A stretch of DNA of 64,000 nt from an uncultured Gemmatimonadaceae bacterium (GCA_963761305.1 CAVXGK010000001.1:288001-352000); one strand, 5' to 3'. Shown: positions 10,631-20,378, counted from the stretch's first letter. Notes: generated by a model not told the origin, from the sequence alone. Made by a program: numbers and translations.

Positions 10631-10694
10631 GGCTCTTCCCTCCTCACGGACTCATCGCCGCGAACGCGACGCCGCCGGCGCCCTTCGCCGACCG

Positions 10695-12143
10695 TCAATC
10701 GGGCACGATGTCGTCGGGCTTCCAGGTTTGGTCGAAGAACGGTTCGAGCGGACCATAGAATCGGAACAGCACGAACCATCCCTTGCCCGGCTTGGTCTGA
10801 ATCCAGTTCTTCTCCTTTCCCTTGGGCGCGCCGGGTCCGAAGAACACGTCGATCGAGTCGTCGTCGTTGGATTTCGGGCCGGTGTATGTGCTCACCGAAG
10901 GGAACGGCTGATCGCTCCGCAACAGCGAACGACTGTCGGCGTCGTAGGCCACGACCGACCAAAAATTCTTGACCGGGATGTCCGCCGGCAAATGAAGTCG
11001 ATACGTCTTGCCGCCGTCGAGAAATGCGCCGCTCGCGTCGCGCGGCGTGAAGAGGTACTGTGAGCCCGACCCGACGTGTTTCTCGACCATCGCGGGCGAC
11101 ATGCCGATGGCGATGTACGCGAATCCGGCGCGGCGATCGGTGTTGGTGTAGCCCTCGCTGTCGAACTTCGCGCTGCCGCCGACGAACGCCCACTCCCATT
11201 TGCGGTCGGCGTAGACGAGACGCGCATCGTCTTGCGAGGCGAAGCTGTTCGTGCGCGCGATGCCCTCGGCGAACTGCGCCGCTTCGTCGAGCAGCTTTTT
11301 GCGCTCGGCGTCGGGCTGGAACGGCTTGCCCCGTTCGATGCCGATCGCCGCAAGCTGGAATCGTTCCTGGTCGGAGAATCGGTCGTCCGGTTCTCGATCG
11401 ACGATCCAGGCCAGGTCCTCGAAGAAGCGCGAGTCGTCGCTGAACAGCGTGTCCACCGGTTGATGCGACGCGTCGACGAATGCCGTCGGCGGCGGATCGG
11501 CGGCCTTGCTGAGCGGATAGATCTTCGTCCGTTTGACCAGATCGACGGCAGGCGCCGTCTCGCCGTCGACCTGAAAGCCGCGCACGCCGAGCGTGGCGCA
11601 GTAGGTCGGCGATTTCACCGCCGTGTAGCCGCCGGGGATGTCCCCGTTGTGCTGAGGCGGCACCACGAGGAGCTTGCCGCCCTTCCCTTTTTCCACGCCG
11701 GTGGCGCCGATGTCGGCGATCGAGTTCTGCCACAAGTCGCTGACGGCGCCGAGCATCGACGGCGGCACTTCGATCACCACCGGGCCATCGCGCTTCAGGT
11801 CGAGCGACGCCAGGCCGTAGATGGTCTCGGTGTTACCCGTGAGAACGAGCGACGCCGAATCCATCAACGACTCCCAGATCACCACCTGGTTCGGCTTGGC
11901 CGCCCCGGCTTCGATCATGCCCCGCCACACGTGCAGCCAGGACACCGGCGGCATGTGCACCAGATACGCCTCCACCGCTCGAATGAACACGAGCGAGTTG
12001 CGCAGCTGGCTGGCCGCCGGGCCAGCCGGGAAACTGTTCTTGAATTCGAACGCTCCAAAGCGCGTCTTGACCGTCTCGGTGCCGAACCAGCCGTGGTCCC
12101 TGCTGGCGGCCTTGCCGGGCGGCTCTTTCAGCTGCGTCGCCAT
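10695..12143 (-). CDS. DUF1254/DUF1214-domain protein
   Basis: LTGNTETIY, DLKRDGPVVIEVPP, KGKGGKLLVVPP, YRLHLPADIPVKNFWSVVAYD, NWIQTKPGKGWF..FRFYGP. Confidence 0.9.
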   Translation of the reverse strand: MATQLKEPPGKAASRDHGWFGTETVKTRFGAFEFKNSFPAGPAASQLRNSLVFIRAVEAYLVHMPPVSWLHVWRGMIEAGAAKPNQVVIWESLMDSASLVLTGNTETIYGLASLDLKRDGPVVIEVPPSMLGAVSDLWQNSIADIGATGVEKGKGGKLLVVPPQHNGDIPGGYTAVKSPTYCATLGVRGFQVDGETAPAVDLVKRTKIYPLSKAADPPPTAFVDASHQPVDTLFSDDSRFFEDLAWIVDREPDDRFSDQERFQLAAIGIERGKPFQPDAERKKLLDEAAQFAEGIARTNSFASQDDARLVYADRKWEWAFVGGSAKFDSEGYTNTDRRAGFAYIAIGMSPAMVEKHVGSGSQYLFTPRDASGAFLDGGKTYRLHLPADIPVKNFWSVVAYDADSRSLLRSDQPFPSVSTYTGPKSNDDDSIDVFFGPGAPKGKEKNWIQTKPGKGWFVLFRFYGPLEPFFDQTWKPDDIVPD

Positions 12144-12163
12144 CGATCCTCCGCGCGTTGGTG

Positions 12164-14536
12164 TTACTGAATGGCCATCGCCAGATTCAGGCGCTCTTCC
12201 GGCGTGATGTAGTGGTCGGCGTCTTTCGCGTCGTCGCCGAACGCGAGCTCCACCCAGTTCACCGCGCCGGTGAACTCGCGCCGGCTGTAGTCGGTCGTCA
12301 CGGCCGATCCGTTCTCCGTGCCCACGTCACACGTCTCGTCGGCGGAAAAGAGCGCAGGTTCGGTCTGCTCGATCCGACCGTCCCCCACCGGCTTGCCATC
12401 GATGTAGAGGGACACATTGCCGCCCCTTGCGGGGCCGCCGCCGTCGTACTCGAACTCCAGGCGAACTTGATGACGGCCCTCGGGCAGCTTGCTCTTGCTC
12501 TCGGCGTAGTACTGCTGCAACCCGAAGAAGTTGTAGCAGTGTTTGAGCGTGCCGGCCTTCGTGTAGAGACTCCAGCCGCCGGTGAGACCGCCGAGGGCGA
12601 TGATGACGCCGTCCACGTCTCCTTTCGGCACGACGATGTCGGCGGTGACCGCGTAGGATTTGTTGTGAAGGTTGAGAATCGAGCTCTCGGTGAGGCGGCC
12701 CATCCCGCCGAAGAGCAATTGCCGGTCACCTTTCACGAGTTGTGGACGACCGGAGATCTCCGGATTCAGTCGCTCGACCATCCGGTCGTCGAGCGGCAGC
12801 ACGTTGTACTTCGCCGCTTCGATCAACCACAACCGCTGCAGATCGTGCAGTTTGTCCGGTTGTTCCTTGGCGAGGTCGCGAGCCTGCGACCAGTCCTTCG
12901 TCGTGTCATACAACTCCCACACGTCGTCGTCGAACGGAACCAACTTCGTAGTGCTGGGTTCCCACGGCGTGCGGTGCTTCGTCACCGCCGTCCACCCGTT
13001 GTGGTAGATCCCGCGGTTGCCGAACATCTCGAAGTACTGCGTCTCGTGACGCTCGGCGGCCTTCGGATCGTCGAATGAATAGACCATGCTCACGCCCTCG
13101 ATGGGCCGCTGCAGCACGCCGTTCACGATCGTCGGCTGGGGCAGGTGCGCCACCTCGAGCACCGTCGGCGCGACGTCGATCACGTGATGGAACTGCGATC
13201 GGGCCTCACCCTTCGCTCTGATCCCGTGCGGCCAGTGAACGATCGTACCGTTGCGCGTGCCCCCCCAGTGGGACGCGACCTGCTTCGTCCACTGGTACGG
13301 CGTGTCCATCGCGTGCGCCCAGCCGACGGCGTAGTGATTGTACGCCTCCGGGCCGCCGAACTTGTCGAGACGCGCCGTGAGGAACTCCGGCGTTTCCAGG
13401 GCACCGAAGCCGGTCAGCGGGATCATCTCGTTGAACGTGCCCTGCAACGAGCCTTCGGCCGATGCGCCGTTGTCGCCGATGATCACGTAGACCAGCGTGT
13501 CGTCGAGGACGTCGAGATCGGCGAGCGCGTCCAGCAATAGCCCGACGTGATGATCGGTATGCTCGAGGAACCCGGCGTAGATCTCCATCTCTCGAGCGAG
13601 CACCGGCTTCATGTCGGCCGCCACGTCGTCCCACGCCGGAATGCCCTGGCTTCGCTGCGTGAGCTGACAGTCGTTCGGGATCACGCCGAGCTTTTTCTGT
13701 CGAGCGAACGTTTCCTCGCGCAGCTTGTCCCAGCCCTGATCGAACTTGCCCTTGTACTTGTCGGCCCATTCCTTCGGCACATGGTGGGGCGCGTGCGTCG
13801 CGCCGGGTGCGAAGTAGACGAAGAATGGCTTGTCGGAAGCGAGCGATTTCTGTTGTCGAATCCACTTCACCGCTTTGTCCGTCATGTCGGCGGTGAAGTG
13901 GTAGCCTTGTTCCGGCGTCTTGGGCGGCTCGACCGGCGTCGTCCCTTCGAAAATCGCCGGATAGTACTGGTTCGTCTCCCCGCCGATGAATCCATAGAAG
14001 TACTCGAAACCGCCGCCGCCGCTCGGCCATTGATCAAACGGCCCGATCGGGCTCGTCTGCCACACTGGCACCTCGTGGCATTTGCCGAACTGCGCCGTCG
14101 AATAGCCGTTCAGCTTGAGCGTCTCGGCGAGCGGGGCGCACGTATTTGGACGAATCGAGTTTTGTCCTGGCGCCGAGGTCGCGAGCTCGGTGATCGAACC
14201 CATGCCGACCGTGTGGTGATTGCGGCCCGAGAGCAGGGCGGCGCGTGTCGGCGAACACAGCGCCGTCGTGTGAAAGCGCGTGTACCTGAGACCGTTCGCG
14301 GCGAGCTTCTCGAAGTTCGGCGTCGCACACGGTCCTCCGAACGCGCTCGATGCACCAAAGCCGACGTCGTCGATCAAGACGACGAGAACGTTTGGAGCGC
14401 GGGACGGCGGTCGGAGCGGAGTGATGGGCGGAAATTTCGTGTCCGGATCCTTCGCGTCGTACGTCGTCGTCGAGACCGGCGTGACGTCCGGGATGGGAAG
14501 AACCTCGCGCTGGAGCGTGTCGTTGGGCGTGCTCAT
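12164..14536 (-). CDS. Cys-type formylglycine arylsulfatase (AtsA-like), no signal peptide, C-terminal beta-sandwich extension
   Basis: PNVLVVLIDDVGFG, TTALCSPTRAALLSGR (CxPxR), FGKCH, IIGDNG; GGAGG RBS before ATG 14536. Confidence 0.93.
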   Translation of the reverse strand: MSTPNDTLQREVLPIPDVTPVSTTTYDAKDPDTKFPPITPLRPPSRAPNVLVVLIDDVGFGASSAFGGPCATPNFEKLAANGLRYTRFHTTALCSPTRAALLSGRNHHTVGMGSITELATSAPGQNSIRPNTCAPLAETLKLNGYSTAQFGKCHEVPVWQTSPIGPFDQWPSGGGGFEYFYGFIGGETNQYYPAIFEGTTPVEPPKTPEQGYHFTADMTDKAVKWIRQQKSLASDKPFFVYFAPGATHAPHHVPKEWADKYKGKFDQGWDKLREETFARQKKLGVIPNDCQLTQRSQGIPAWDDVAADMKPVLAREMEIYAGFLEHTDHHVGLLLDALADLDVLDDTLVYVIIGDNGASAEGSLQGTFNEMIPLTGFGALETPEFLTARLDKFGGPEAYNHYAVGWAHAMDTPYQWTKQVASHWGGTRNGTIVHWPHGIRAKGEARSQFHHVIDVAPTVLEVAHLPQPTIVNGVLQRPIEGVSMVYSFDDPKAAERHETQYFEMFGNRGIYHNGWTAVTKHRTPWEPSTTKLVPFDDDVWELYDTTKDWSQARDLAKEQPDKLHDLQRLWLIEAAKYNVLPLDDRMVERLNPEISGRPQLVKGDRQLLFGGMGRLTESSILNLHNKSYAVTADIVVPKGDVDGVIIALGGLTGGWSLYTKAGTLKHCYNFFGLQQYYAESKSKLPEGRHQVRLEFEYDGGGPARGGNVSLYIDGKPVGDGRIEQTEPALFSADETCDVGTENGSAVTTDYSRREFTGAVNWVELAFGDDAKDADHYITPEERLNLAMAIQ

Positions 14537-14606
14537 GTTGCTGCATCCTCCGCTGGTGCAGTCGGCGCGCTTCCTGTCGAACGCGCTCGCGCAGTCTCGT
14601 CGCGAA

Positions 14607-14637
14607 GGTTCCTTTGGTCCATCGGACCTTGGCCCAA
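14607..14637. promoter_or_regulatory. Tandem copies of the TTGG-N8-CCAA-like box upstream of the sulfatase
   Basis: GGTTCCTTTGGTCCAT (14607-14622) and TCGGACCTTGGCCCAA (14622-14637). Confidence 0.5.
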
Positions 14638-14690
14638 CCGATTCTCGGCGACGCGTCAAACGGCGCGTCGCCACTCGTGTCACGACCGAA

Positions 14691-16019
14691 TCAACCGACG
14701 CGTTCGATGTCGGGCAGGCGCCAGCTCTTGTCGAAGAGCGCCGGTTTCGGCCCGTACAGCCGGAAGAACGTGAACCACGGGCGGCCGGGAGTGAGCGCGA
14801 CCCAATTCGCCGCGCCCGCCGCCGGCGCACTGCGGCCCAGATACAAATCGATCGAGCCGCCGGAGTTCGTCGCGATTCCTTCGTGATACGAATTCACTTC
14901 GGTCTTCGGCGAATTGCGGATGAACGCGCACGTCTCCGCGTCGTACACGGTCAACGCCCAGAACTGCTCCGCGGGAACGTTCGGCGGAACGCGCAGTCGA
15001 TAGGATCCATCGCCGGACAGCGGCTCGCCCGCGCTGTCGACGTAGGCCGCGAGATACATCGACGCTTTGCCGATCGTCTTCGGCGGCGCACAGGCCAAGA
15101 AGAACGTCGTCGCTCGCGCGTCGATGTCCAAGCCGTCGCTGGTGACGTACGTGAAGCCGGTTTTGACGCCGACGGGACTCGCCGACTGCCACGCACCGTT
15201 CGGCCAGAACGGCTCGCCCTCGCGCGGTTCTGACGCGATGAGTTGCTGCTGCGCGTCTCGGGCCGCTGCCTCGAGCTCGGCGCGAATCGATTCATCGGGA
15301 GCGAACGGCTTGCCCTTCTCGATGCCGAGCTGCTTGAGGCTCTCCACGATGTCGGCGTCGCGCGGAAGCATGGGTTCTTCGCTCACCATCTTCGCGAGCG
15401 CGGCGAAGAACGTGTCATCGTAGTGCATGATGGCGTCGAACAGCTTGCCGGCGACGTCGATCGCGCGCGTGGCCGGCGGATTGGCGGCTTTGGCGAACGG
15501 GTAGATCCTGATCTGCTTGACGAGGCTCAGCGCGCGATCGACGGCGCCTTGCGACGCGTCCTCGGTGATCGCGCGAAACGCGGCGTAGCCATTGTACGTG
15601 TTCGACTCCACCGCGATGTATCCGGCCGGCGCCGAGCCGGCGAGGTTCGGCGGCATCACCAGGTACTTCCCGCCTTTGCCCTCGTCCGAGCCCTTGGGTC
15701 CGACGTCGGCCAGCGGCACTTGCCACGCGTCGAGAATCGACCCGAACAGTCCCGCGCCCGCGGCCGGCGGGATCTCGAGCACGATCGGCCCGTTTGTCGT
15801 ATTGAAATTCAAATAGACATAGCGCGTCGACGCGTTGGGCGTCGTGATCTGGAATCGCCAATCGGCGAACCGCGAGAGATACGCGAGGTCGCCGTACTGC
15901 GCCCCGGCGTCACGAAAGAACGCCTGGCGCATCGCGTCGAAGCTGACGATCGGTGTGCCCCACTTCGCCGCGTGGACCGCGAGGTCGTGCAGAGCCTGGG
16001 TGTCGAGCGTCGTGGCCAC
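14691..16019 (-). CDS. DUF1254/DUF1214-domain protein
   Basis: TTPNASTRY, GPIVLEIPP, DEGKGGKYLVMPP, YRLRVPPNVPAEQFWALTVYD, FFRLYGP; GGAG before GTG 16019. Confidence 0.88.
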   Translation of the reverse strand: MATTLDTQALHDLAVHAAKWGTPIVSFDAMRQAFFRDAGAQYGDLAYLSRFADWRFQITTPNASTRYVYLNFNTTNGPIVLEIPPAAGAGLFGSILDAWQVPLADVGPKGSDEGKGGKYLVMPPNLAGSAPAGYIAVESNTYNGYAAFRAITEDASQGAVDRALSLVKQIRIYPFAKAANPPATRAIDVAGKLFDAIMHYDDTFFAALAKMVSEEPMLPRDADIVESLKQLGIEKGKPFAPDESIRAELEAAARDAQQQLIASEPREGEPFWPNGAWQSASPVGVKTGFTYVTSDGLDIDARATTFFLACAPPKTIGKASMYLAAYVDSAGEPLSGDGSYRLRVPPNVPAEQFWALTVYDAETCAFIRNSPKTEVNSYHEGIATNSGGSIDLYLGRSAPAAGAANWVALTPGRPWFTFFRLYGPKPALFDKSWRLPDIERVG

Positions 16020-16035
16020 GGAGTCTCCGTTTTTC

Positions 16036-16989
16036 TCAGCCAGCGGGCTGCGCCTGCGGGAATGTCCACGTGCCGTGCAGAATTTCCGGGCGCGGCCGAT
16101 ACAGACGCACGGTGTAGTTCCACCCGGGCATGATCGGTAGACAATTGTCGAGCGCCCCATCGCACGTGCCGAAGTGCACGGTGACCGACTGGTCGGCGTT
16201 CTTCTTGGCCGTGAGGTTGTTGATCGTGTACGCCTCGAAGGGGTTCGGCTCGAAGTAACCCTGCGCGTTGTAGACGCTGATCGACCAGAAGCCGTCGACG
16301 GGCACGTCACGCACGGTGACCCGGTACGGCGTGACGCCGTCGTTCTTTTCCGGCGTGACGTTGAGATACGTCGCGTCGCGCTCGGGGTTGCCACCCCACG
16401 CCATGGCGCTCCCGATGAGATGGCGTACCGGATCGACCTCGTTCCGCGCGCCGAACATCTTTCGCGAATCGGTGACGGTCGTGCCGAGCGCGAGGAGCGC
16501 CTCGCGCACCCGTCTCTCGCTCGCCGTGTCCCACTCCGGCAACTCGAGGCTGCCGTGTCCGCTCTGCCCGACGAGGATGGCGTCCTGGAGTGCGCGCGCC
16601 TTGCGGAGATCCTCGGGGTCGGTCGGATTCACGAGGGTCCGGACGGCAATCATTATATAGCGCGTGCTCAGGCGATCCTTCGTGTAGGTGTAGCGACCCT
16701 TCCCGTACACGACGCCCGCGGCGTACTGATCTTCGTCGATCACCATCATCGACATGAACCGGTCGCCCGGGTCCGGCAGCGTGACCGTCACCGGTCCCGC
16801 GTCGAGGTCGAACACGGCGGACGAGTAGAGCGTGTCGCGGTTCGCTCGCACGACGGTCTGCTTGTCCACCGGCATCACGTGGCGGCGATGGAGGAACTTG
16901 CCGACGCCGCCGGCCTCGTTCGCCGCCGACGCGAAATAGAGATCCGTCTCGGCGCGGCTGAAGTTGTCGGCGGTCACCAGGCTGATCAT
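16036..16989 (-). CDS. Short DUF1254/DUF1214-domain protein
   Basis: VTADNFSRAETDLYF, VVRANRDTLYSSAVFDLDAGPVT, VPVDGFWSISVYN, WNYTVRLYRP. Confidence 0.88.
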   Translation of the reverse strand: MISLVTADNFSRAETDLYFASAANEAGGVGKFLHRRHVMPVDKQTVVRANRDTLYSSAVFDLDAGPVTVTLPDPGDRFMSMMVIDEDQYAAGVVYGKGRYTYTKDRLSTRYIMIAVRTLVNPTDPEDLRKARALQDAILVGQSGHGSLELPEWDTASERRVREALLALGTTVTDSRKMFGARNEVDPVRHLIGSAMAWGGNPERDATYLNVTPEKNDGVTPYRVTVRDVPVDGFWSISVYNAQGYFEPNPFEAYTINNLTAKKNADQSVTVHFGTCDGALDNCLPIMPGWNYTVRLYRPRPEILHGTWTFPQAQPAG

Positions 16990-17009
16990 CGCGAAGGCTC
17001 CTCCGATGC

Positions 17010-17213
17010 TCAGCCGGCTTTCGGCATGAAGGCCGCGGCCACCTCGTCGATCCGATCGATGTTCGGCGTGCGGTACCCCGTGATGCCCAGATTAAGGGCG
17101 CTCACGTTGAACCAGCCGATGTCGTCGGCCATGATGAACAGGACGTTGGGTTTGTTGCCGCCGGTTGATCCCGTCGTCGCCTGCGTGGCTCTCGTGGTTT
17201 GCGTGCCCATCAT
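17010..17213 (-). pseudogene. Arylsulfatase remnant (N-terminus joined to a short C-terminal-like tail)
   Basis: KPNVLFIMADDIGWFNVSALNLGITGYRTPNIDRI then IDEVAAAFMPKAG-stop; lacks CxxxR and the rest of the fold; AGGAG RBS intact. Confidence 0.8.
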
Positions 17214-17272
17214 GATTCTCCTACTCTGGGATCGCTGGAATCACCGGGATCACTCGACACCGCGCGCGCTTC

Positions 17273-17776
17273 TCAGCCGAACGGTCCGACGTGGAAGGCA
17301 AGACTCATGACAGCGAGCGCGCCGATCACGAGAAGCAGGAACGCGACAACCAAGGTGTACGACCGGGGAAACTGGGTTTCGGCGTGGATCAGCCCTTCCG
17401 CGGCCATGTTCGCGCGCAGAGAGCGGAGTCCCGACATGAACGCGATGTCGTAGCCGATCCCGACGACCAGCATCACCAGCCCGAGCGCGACCAGCGAAAG
17501 GCCGAACCGCCGCGCTTGGCCGCTGCCGGCGGCGATCGCGCTCGTCTGCGACATGCGCTCGAAGAATTGGTAGATCGTGAAACCGAAACTGATGAGCGAG
17601 AGCGACGTCCGGATCACCGACATCAACGTGCGATCGGCGCTCAGTCGCGTGCGCTGAAATGACATGCCCGTGCGGCGCGACGACAGTTCGACCGACGGAT
17701 CGTCGAACGGGCTCGGGGTCCGTGCGGGTGAGTCGCTCGGCTGAGGGCTTGGCGAAGACGCTTCTCCCTGCGCCAT
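17273..17776 (-). CDS. DUF202/YidH-family inner membrane protein
   Basis: RTRLSADRTLMSVIRTSLSLISFGFTI plus 3 TMs. Confidence 0.88.
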   Translation of the reverse strand: MAQGEASSPSPQPSDSPARTPSPFDDPSVELSSRRTGMSFQRTRLSADRTLMSVIRTSLSLISFGFTIYQFFERMSQTSAIAAGSGQARRFGLSLVALGLVMLVVGIGYDIAFMSGLRSLRANMAAEGLIHAETQFPRSYTLVVAFLLLVIGALAVMSLAFHVGPFG

Positions 17777-17921
17777 ACGGCTATTCTCGCGTCGAGAACC
17801 GGTTCGGAACGTGGCGCCCCGCGCGCGACGAGCCCAGTTGGACTTTCGGCGCACGCGGCGCACAGCAGTCGGCCCTTTGTGCCAATGGGTTCGCCGCCGC
17901 GTAGCGGATTACGCTCGAGGC

Positions 17922-18809
17922 ATGTCCTCGGCGGTCGTCATTCAGCTCGTCGTCAAGCTGAGCCTCGCGCTCGCCGTGCTCTCCATTGGCCTGCGCTCGA
18001 GCGAGGGCGATGCGCTCTGGCTGCTCCGTCGCCCCGGCTTGCTCGCGCGATCGATGCTCTCAATGAACGTGATCGTGCCGCTCGTGGCGCTCGCCGTCAC
18101 GCAAGCGCTCGATCTGAACCCGGCGGTTCGCGTCGCACTCGTCGCGCTCTCGATCTCGCCGGTACCGCCGATCCTTCCGCATCAGACGGGGAAGGCCGGA
18201 GGCGAGGCCGCCTACGCGATCGGCTTGCTGACCATCGCGTCGCTCTTCGCCGTCGTGCTCGTCCCCGTCAGTCTCGAGATCCTGGCCGCTCTGTCGGGAA
18301 GGACGATGCACCTGGCCCCGATGGCGGTGGCAGTGTTGATGGTCGAAACGGTCTTGGCACCACTGGGGCTCGGTCTGCTGATGCGCCACCTCGCACCCGG
18401 CTTCGCCGCCCGCGCGTCCAAGCCGGTGAACGTCGTCGGGATGTTGGTGCTCGTCGCCGGCTTCGTGATCATTCTCGTCAGCGCGTGGCCTTCGATGCGG
18501 ACGCTGCTCGGCAACGGGACCGTGCTCGCCGCGGTCGTCATCACCGCGCTCGCATTGTTCGTCGGCCACGAGCTCGGCGGACCGCTCGACCTCGATCGCC
18601 CCGTGCTCGCGCTCGCGTCGGCGATGCGGCATCCGGCCGTCGCGATCGCCGTGTCGAAAGCCGCGTTTCCGGAGAGCAAGCTCGTGGCGCCGGCGGTGCT
18701 TCTCCAGTTCGTGGTGGCCGCGATCGCCGTGTTGCCGTACGTCAAGCGAAGGCAGCGCACCGCCGCGCGGCGCGCTCGTCCCGCCGCAACGCTTCAGTAT
18801 CGCCGTTGA
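17922..18809 (+). CDS. Bile acid:Na+ symporter (BASS/SBF) family transporter
   Basis: LLRRPGLLARSMLSMNVIVP, SPVPPILP, GHELGGP...VLALASAMRHPAVA; about 9 TMs. Confidence 0.85.
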   Translation: MSSAVVIQLVVKLSLALAVLSIGLRSSEGDALWLLRRPGLLARSMLSMNVIVPLVALAVTQALDLNPAVRVALVALSISPVPPILPHQTGKAGGEAAYAIGLLTIASLFAVVLVPVSLEILAALSGRTMHLAPMAVAVLMVETVLAPLGLGLLMRHLAPGFAARASKPVNVVGMLVLVAGFVIILVSAWPSMRTLLGNGTVLAAVVITALALFVGHELGGPLDLDRPVLALASAMRHPAVAIAVSKAAFPESKLVAPAVLLQFVVAAIAVLPYVKRRQRTAARRARPAATLQYRR

Positions 18810-18928
18810 CCGCGACACGCCATTCGCGCGTGATCACACGGACCGGACTCGGGGCAGCAGAAGGTCCAATTTGGGCGGCCATGGCGGGCGAGCGAGCTTG
18901 CCTTCGTCACTGTTGGTAGGAGATCCTC

Positions 18929-19765
18929 ATGAAGTTTTCCAGAAACGCTCTGCGAGGGGCCGCCGGAATGGCGGCGCTCGCGGCGGCGGCGGCGACCCCG
19001 CATCGGTCCGCCGCGCAAGACACCACGAGAACCCGCGACACCACGCGAACCGAGGCGTCGGACACAAGCGCCATCGATCCCGACGCGATGGCCGCACTCG
19101 AGAAGATGGGCGCGTATCTGCGCACGCTGAAATCCTTCGGCGTGCATGCGGTCGTCACGACAGAAGACGTGGCGGACGACGGAGAGAAGGTCCAACTGTC
19201 GAGCACCGCTGACCTCGTCACCGAGCGGCCCAACCACCTGCGGGTCGAGGTCGTCGACCAGCGTCAGCCGCGTACGATGTACTACGACGGGAAGACGTTC
19301 ACGATGTGGGCGCCGCGCGTGAAGTTCTACGCGTCAGTCGCCGCACCGCCGACGATCCTCGACCTCGTCGACACGCTGAACGACAAGTACGACATCGAGC
19401 TGCCGTTCGTCGACCTCTTCCGCTGGGGCACGCCCGAATCGGACGCCGCCGACATCACGCAAGCGACCGACGTCGGCCCCGTCGCCATCAACGGCGTGAC
19501 ATGCGAACAGTACGCGTTCCGCCAGAAGGGCGTCGACTGGCAGGTGTGGATTCAAAACGGCAATTTCCCGCTCCCGCTCAAGCTCGTCCTGACGACGACG
19601 ACCGACGACGCGCGTCCGCAGCACACCTCGCTGTACACGTGGAACCTCGCCCCGTCGTTCAACGACAAGGCGTTCGTCTTCGAACCGCCGAGCGACGCGA
19701 AGAAGATTACGTTCGCCGAAGTGGCGACCGCTCGCGCGGCCGAGAAATCCGGGGGGAACAAGTGA
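18929..19765 (+). CDS. DUF2092 periplasmic (LolA-like) protein
   Basis: Signal peptide; IDPDAMAALEKMGAYLRTLKSF, RPNHLRVE, YDGKTFT, DWQVWI..G..PLPLKLV; AGGAG RBS. Confidence 0.88.
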   Translation: MKFSRNALRGAAGMAALAAAAATPHRSAAQDTTRTRDTTRTEASDTSAIDPDAMAALEKMGAYLRTLKSFGVHAVVTTEDVADDGEKVQLSSTADLVTERPNHLRVEVVDQRQPRTMYYDGKTFTMWAPRVKFYASVAAPPTILDLVDTLNDKYDIELPFVDLFRWGTPESDAADITQATDVGPVAINGVTCEQYAFRQKGVDWQVWIQNGNFPLPLKLVLTTTTDDARPQHTSLYTWNLAPSFNDKAFVFEPPSDAKKITFAEVATARAAEKSGGNK

Positions 19766-20355
19766 AGCACATCATTGGACGACTCGTGCTCGCCCTGCTC
19801 GCGCTGGTGCTGATCGTCGGCCACGCCGACGCCCAGCGTCGTGGAGGTGGCGGCCGGCGTGGCGGCGGCGGCGGATTCCGCGGCGGCGGTGGCGGCGGAT
19901 TCCGTGGATCGGCTCGGGCGAGCGTCACACGCCCGAACTTCAGCCGTCCCGCAACCCGACCGGCGTTCAACCGCGGCCCCGTCACTACTACGCGCCCGGG
20001 GAACGTGATCGCGAATCGTCCCGGGAACATCGTGAACAATCGCCCGGGCAACATCGTCAACAACCGCCCGATCTACAACCGCGACGTCGCCGTGATCGGC
20101 GGCGGCGGCTACTACGGCAACAACTGGGACGGGTGTTGCTACTACGGTTCAGGCGCTCGCTTGGGCGCAGCGGCAGTCGGCTACGCAGCCGGCGCCGTCG
20201 CCGCCTCGAACGCCGGTAGCGTCGTGTACGACCTGCCGTCGTCCTGCACGACGACCATCGTCAATGGCATCACGTACCAACAGTGCGGCAACATCTGGTA
20301 CAAACCCGAGTTCGAGGGAACGACGACCAGCTACGTGGTCGTGAATCGCCCCTGA
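19762..20355 (+). CDS. Secreted Gly/Arg-rich low-complexity protein with C-terminal Cys-containing domain (DUF6515-like)
   Basis: GTG overlaps upstream stop; signal peptide ending ADA-Q; RGGGG and RPGNIVNN repeats; LPSSCTTTIVNGITYQQCGNIWYKP. Confidence 0.8.
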   Translation: MKHIIGRLVLALLALVLIVGHADAQRRGGGGRRGGGGGFRGGGGGGFRGSARASVTRPNFSRPATRPAFNRGPVTTTRPGNVIANRPGNIVNNRPGNIVNNRPIYNRDVAVIGGGGYYGNNWDGCCYYGSGARLGAAAVGYAAGAVAASNAGSVVYDLPSSCTTTIVNGITYQQCGNIWYKPEFEGTTTSYVVVNRP

Positions 20356-20378
20356 TCGACCGCACCACCCACAACTAG

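Noticed and set aside
14537..14830. Long N-terminal extensions in the ORF track (sulfatase; also ORFs extended to 3395, 16394, 19306, 22116, 24810, 28631, 56414)
   Set aside because: Downstream starts have an RBS or stop-start overlap and match where family homology begins; the extensions overlap other genes.
17227..17253. Three 9-bp near-repeats (TGGGATCGC/TGGAATCAC/CGGGATCAC) upstream of the sulfatase stub
   Set aside because: Short and degenerate, with no other copy seen; could be chance.
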